A DNA stretch of 58,409 nt from an uncultured Clostridia bacterium (lineage in GTDB: Bacteria; CAYTYR01; UBA6262): the NCBI GenBank assembly GCA_964441745.1, contig CAYTYR010000015.1:1-58409 (forward strand). The letters run 5' to 3'. The notes beneath the pieces were generated by a model. The model had not been told where the DNA came from. It saw nothing but the letters and a program-made list of their open reading frames with translations, and ran no database searches. The position numbers and the translations under genes were made by a program. This document shows positions 56,270 to 58,409 of this stretch, in pieces; position 1 is the stretch's first letter, and every line of letters begins with the position of its first letter.

Positions 56270-57736
56270 TTACTCGCTAAAACAAACAAATATCGGGTTA
56301 GTGACCAGAACCGCTTTATCATTACTGATCTCTAGACGATAATACATTTTTCCCCCGGTCTTATTAATTTGATCAATATAGTTTATCATAAAAGGGGCCT
56401 GCACTTCAAATGTTTTAATATTAATACCATTTCTGATCAATTGTATTTTAACCGGTCCGGAGCTCCCGCTTCCAGCTATCGTCAATCGTGGTAATCCCTG
56501 CACTTTGACCTGCTCGCCGGCCACGGCCGAAGACTGAGTCCTGGTATCCCTGATGCTAAACTCCTGTAACCTTAATTTCCGGTCACCATGAATGACATAT
56601 GTACGCCCGCTTTTCAAAGCTTGCAGGATAGCTGCCTGGTTAAGATTCGGTACTAAGGCTACTGTCTCCAGGCTCTGCAAACGGCTGTCCAAATTTCCTC
56701 CCTGGTCATAAGCCACGGCGGCGATCGCCCAGACCGGGGTATTCCTTTGCCCGGCGCAGTATTCCTTTAAGATCGTATCCCACAACCCGCCGATCCTGCC
56801 TACTTTATTGAATCCGTCATAAAAAACAGCGAACCCTGTATACCGTTGCGTCCGTAATAAATCATCAGCATAATAATCAGTCTCAATCTTGATATCGCCC
56901 CTCTTACTGATATTAGCCGCTTCCGGATGAGCCCAATAGGTCAGCGCCCCCTGACGATTAGCATAATCAATAAGAAATTGATATGGTTGGATACCCTGGT
57001 CGCCATGATACTGGTCAAATTTCAGACGGCGGTAGGGATAGTTATTGACTACCCCCAGTACGCTGAAGAATATCAGGGTAAAGCCTAAGGCGCGCCAAAA
57101 AGATGAATATGGGCCTAAGGCATGTCCTCGATCATCACGATAGTTGTACTTTCTTTTCCTGACACAGATCACTCCTAATACCAATAACAAGAAAGGCCAA
57201 AATAAAACAAGATCCTCTTTCCCCCAAGGAAGGCGTAAACTTCTTTTATTCACTACCGCCGGCAGGTTTTCATAGTCATTAGCCTTATTCAAACCTACAA
57301 CTAAGATATGTTTATGCCAGTTTTTAAGCTTAAAATTGTAAGTCTGGGGACTGCCTTCCCAATAGTAAAAAGGAGCCACTTCCGTCCCCGGGATTATTAT
57401 TATATCACTATACTGTTGTTGTAAAGCAGCTATTTTCTCCAGGTACTTTCCGGCGCCATAGGTAGCCAGGGAAGCCAGACTCTGTCTGGTCTTGACCAAA
57501 TTACGGAAAGGCCATAAACCGTATTCCCATTGCAAATGATCGCGGTCAGTCATGATCACCGCCTGGAACCCGTTATTGCGCGCGATACGGACGATCTCCT
57601 CCAGGGCCAGGTCACCGTCACTGATACTAGAGCTGATCTGTATCGCTACCGGAACCTGCTGGTATTCAGCGCCGGCGCCAAGACTGGCGTAAAGCCCGGC
57701 TAATAAAACCAGCAAGCATATTTTATTTACTTTCAT
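56270..57736 (-). CDS. PHP-fold exported protein with internal TM hairpin
   Basis: QISSSISDG, MTDRD, IPGTEV and WAHPE motifs. Several canonical His ligands are substituted. Confidence 0.7.
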   Translation of the reverse strand: MKVNKICLLVLLAGLYASLGAGAEYQQVPVAIQISSSISDGDLALEEIVRIARNNGFQAVIMTDRDHLQWEYGLWPFRNLVKTRQSLASLATYGAGKYLEKIAALQQQYSDIIIIPGTEVAPFYYWEGSPQTYNFKLKNWHKHILVVGLNKANDYENLPAVVNKRSLRLPWGKEDLVLFWPFLLLVLGVICVRKRKYNYRDDRGHALGPYSSFWRALGFTLIFFSVLGVVNNYPYRRLKFDQYHGDQGIQPYQFLIDYANRQGALTYWAHPEAANISKRGDIKIETDYYADDLLRTQRYTGFAVFYDGFNKVGRIGGLWDTILKEYCAGQRNTPVWAIAAVAYDQGGNLDSRLQSLETVALVPNLNQAAILQALKSGRTYVIHGDRKLRLQEFSIRDTRTQSSAVAGEQVKVQGLPRLTIAGSGSSGPVKIQLIRNGINIKTFEVQAPFMINYIDQINKTGGKMYYRLEISNDKAVLVTNPIFVCFSE

Positions 57737-58409
57737 GGCGCACCAACTCCAGATATAAATTATTAATGCTGCGTACCATTTCCCTGGCGGTAAAGCTGGC
57801 TGTTACTTTTTCCCTGGCTGCCCGGCCCAGGCGGTCCCGTTTTTCACGGTTCGTTAACAATTCGATCAAGGCCCTGGCCATACTGCCGGCATCCTGCGAC
57901 GGGACCAGCAACCCAGTTTCTCCGTCCCTGACTATTTCCGGCACTCCTCCGACCCTGGTCGCCACTACCGGCACGCCATAAGCAGCAGCTTCGAGGATTA
58001 TTCTCCCCACTGCTTCATTCAATGAAGGCAACACCAGGATATCCAGTACCCCCAGCAACTGTTCGACATGTTCCCGCCAACCGGCAAAAACAAAATTGCC
58101 GGTTAAGTTCGCGGCACGGCACTGTTCTTCCATTTTATGCCGCAGGGATCCTTCGCCAATAACAAGAAACTTTACCTCCGGGCAGGCAGCAGCCACTATC
58201 TTAGCTGCTTCCACCAATAACAAAGGACCCTTGACCGGTTCTAACCTGCCCACCAGTCCTATTACCTGGGACGAGACCGGCAGGTGCCATTCTTCTTTCA
58301 GCTTACTGATCCCTTCCTGCGGGCATTGGTATTTTTCTATTTCCAGGCCACTCTGGACCACTGCCACTTTTCCAGGAGAGGTAACGCGATAATTGACCAG
58401 GTCACTTTT
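57723..58409 (-). CDS. Glycosyltransferase family 4 (5' part outside the window)
   Basis: VGRLEPVKG and PSLNEAVGRIILEA..GVPVVATRVGG motifs. Frame stays open to the window end. Confidence 0.93.
   Translation of the reverse strand, partial: KSDLVNYRVTSPGKVAVVQSGLEIEKYQCPQEGISKLKEEWHLPVSSQVIGLVGRLEPVKGPLLLVEAAKIVAAACPEVKFLVIGEGSLRHKMEEQCRAANLTGNFVFAGWREHVEQLLGVLDILVLPSLNEAVGRIILEAAAYGVPVVATRVGGVPEIVRDGETGLLVPSQDAGSMARALIELLTNREKRDRLGRAAREKVTASFTAREMVRSINNLYLELVRHESK

Overview
58.4 kb of chromosome from a diderm bacterium. Outer-membrane barrels, a PorV-like protein and a T9SS/FlgD-type C-terminal domain suggest an Elusimicrobiota-like or other poorly cultured lineage (inference only). All but two genes are on the - strand. 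From left to right: (1) a type IV pilus/T2SS-like locus with three pilins plus a possible pilin remnant, pilC, a GAF/HD-GYP phosphodiesterase and an MshEN-bearing pilB; (2) a frameshifted transglutaminase-like gene; (3) a surface-modification cluster with a TMTC-like GT-C/TPR protein, two Thr-nucleophile sulfatase-fold enzymes and an antisense-embedded metallophosphoesterase; (4) degP; (5) a PorV-TPR / Kelch-CTD / adenylate cyclase / DUF3307 operon; (6) a lipoprotein and an ECF sigma / anti-sigma / DUF3106 / beta-barrel operon, with three matching ECF promoters visible in the window; (7) a histidine kinase, a degenerate archaemetzincin, lon, hsp20 and a GH2-like protein; (8) a signalling operon with two output-less PAS proteins sharing a C-terminal REKRII(E/D)LK coiled coil, a large kinase and two single-domain receivers; (9) glnA type III, a P-type ATPase, znuABC, GH26, a small barrel, a deaminase, a cupin and glpK; (10) the end of a polysaccharide cluster (PilZ, WecA-like, PIG-L, ExeA-like, WbqC, PHP, GT4). 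Intergenic DNA carries two families of miniature repeats: a 13-mer doublet plus hairpin (4 copies) and heptamer-built palindromes. No rRNA, tRNA, CRISPR array or transposase was seen. All family calls come from motif recognition by eye; no database search was run.
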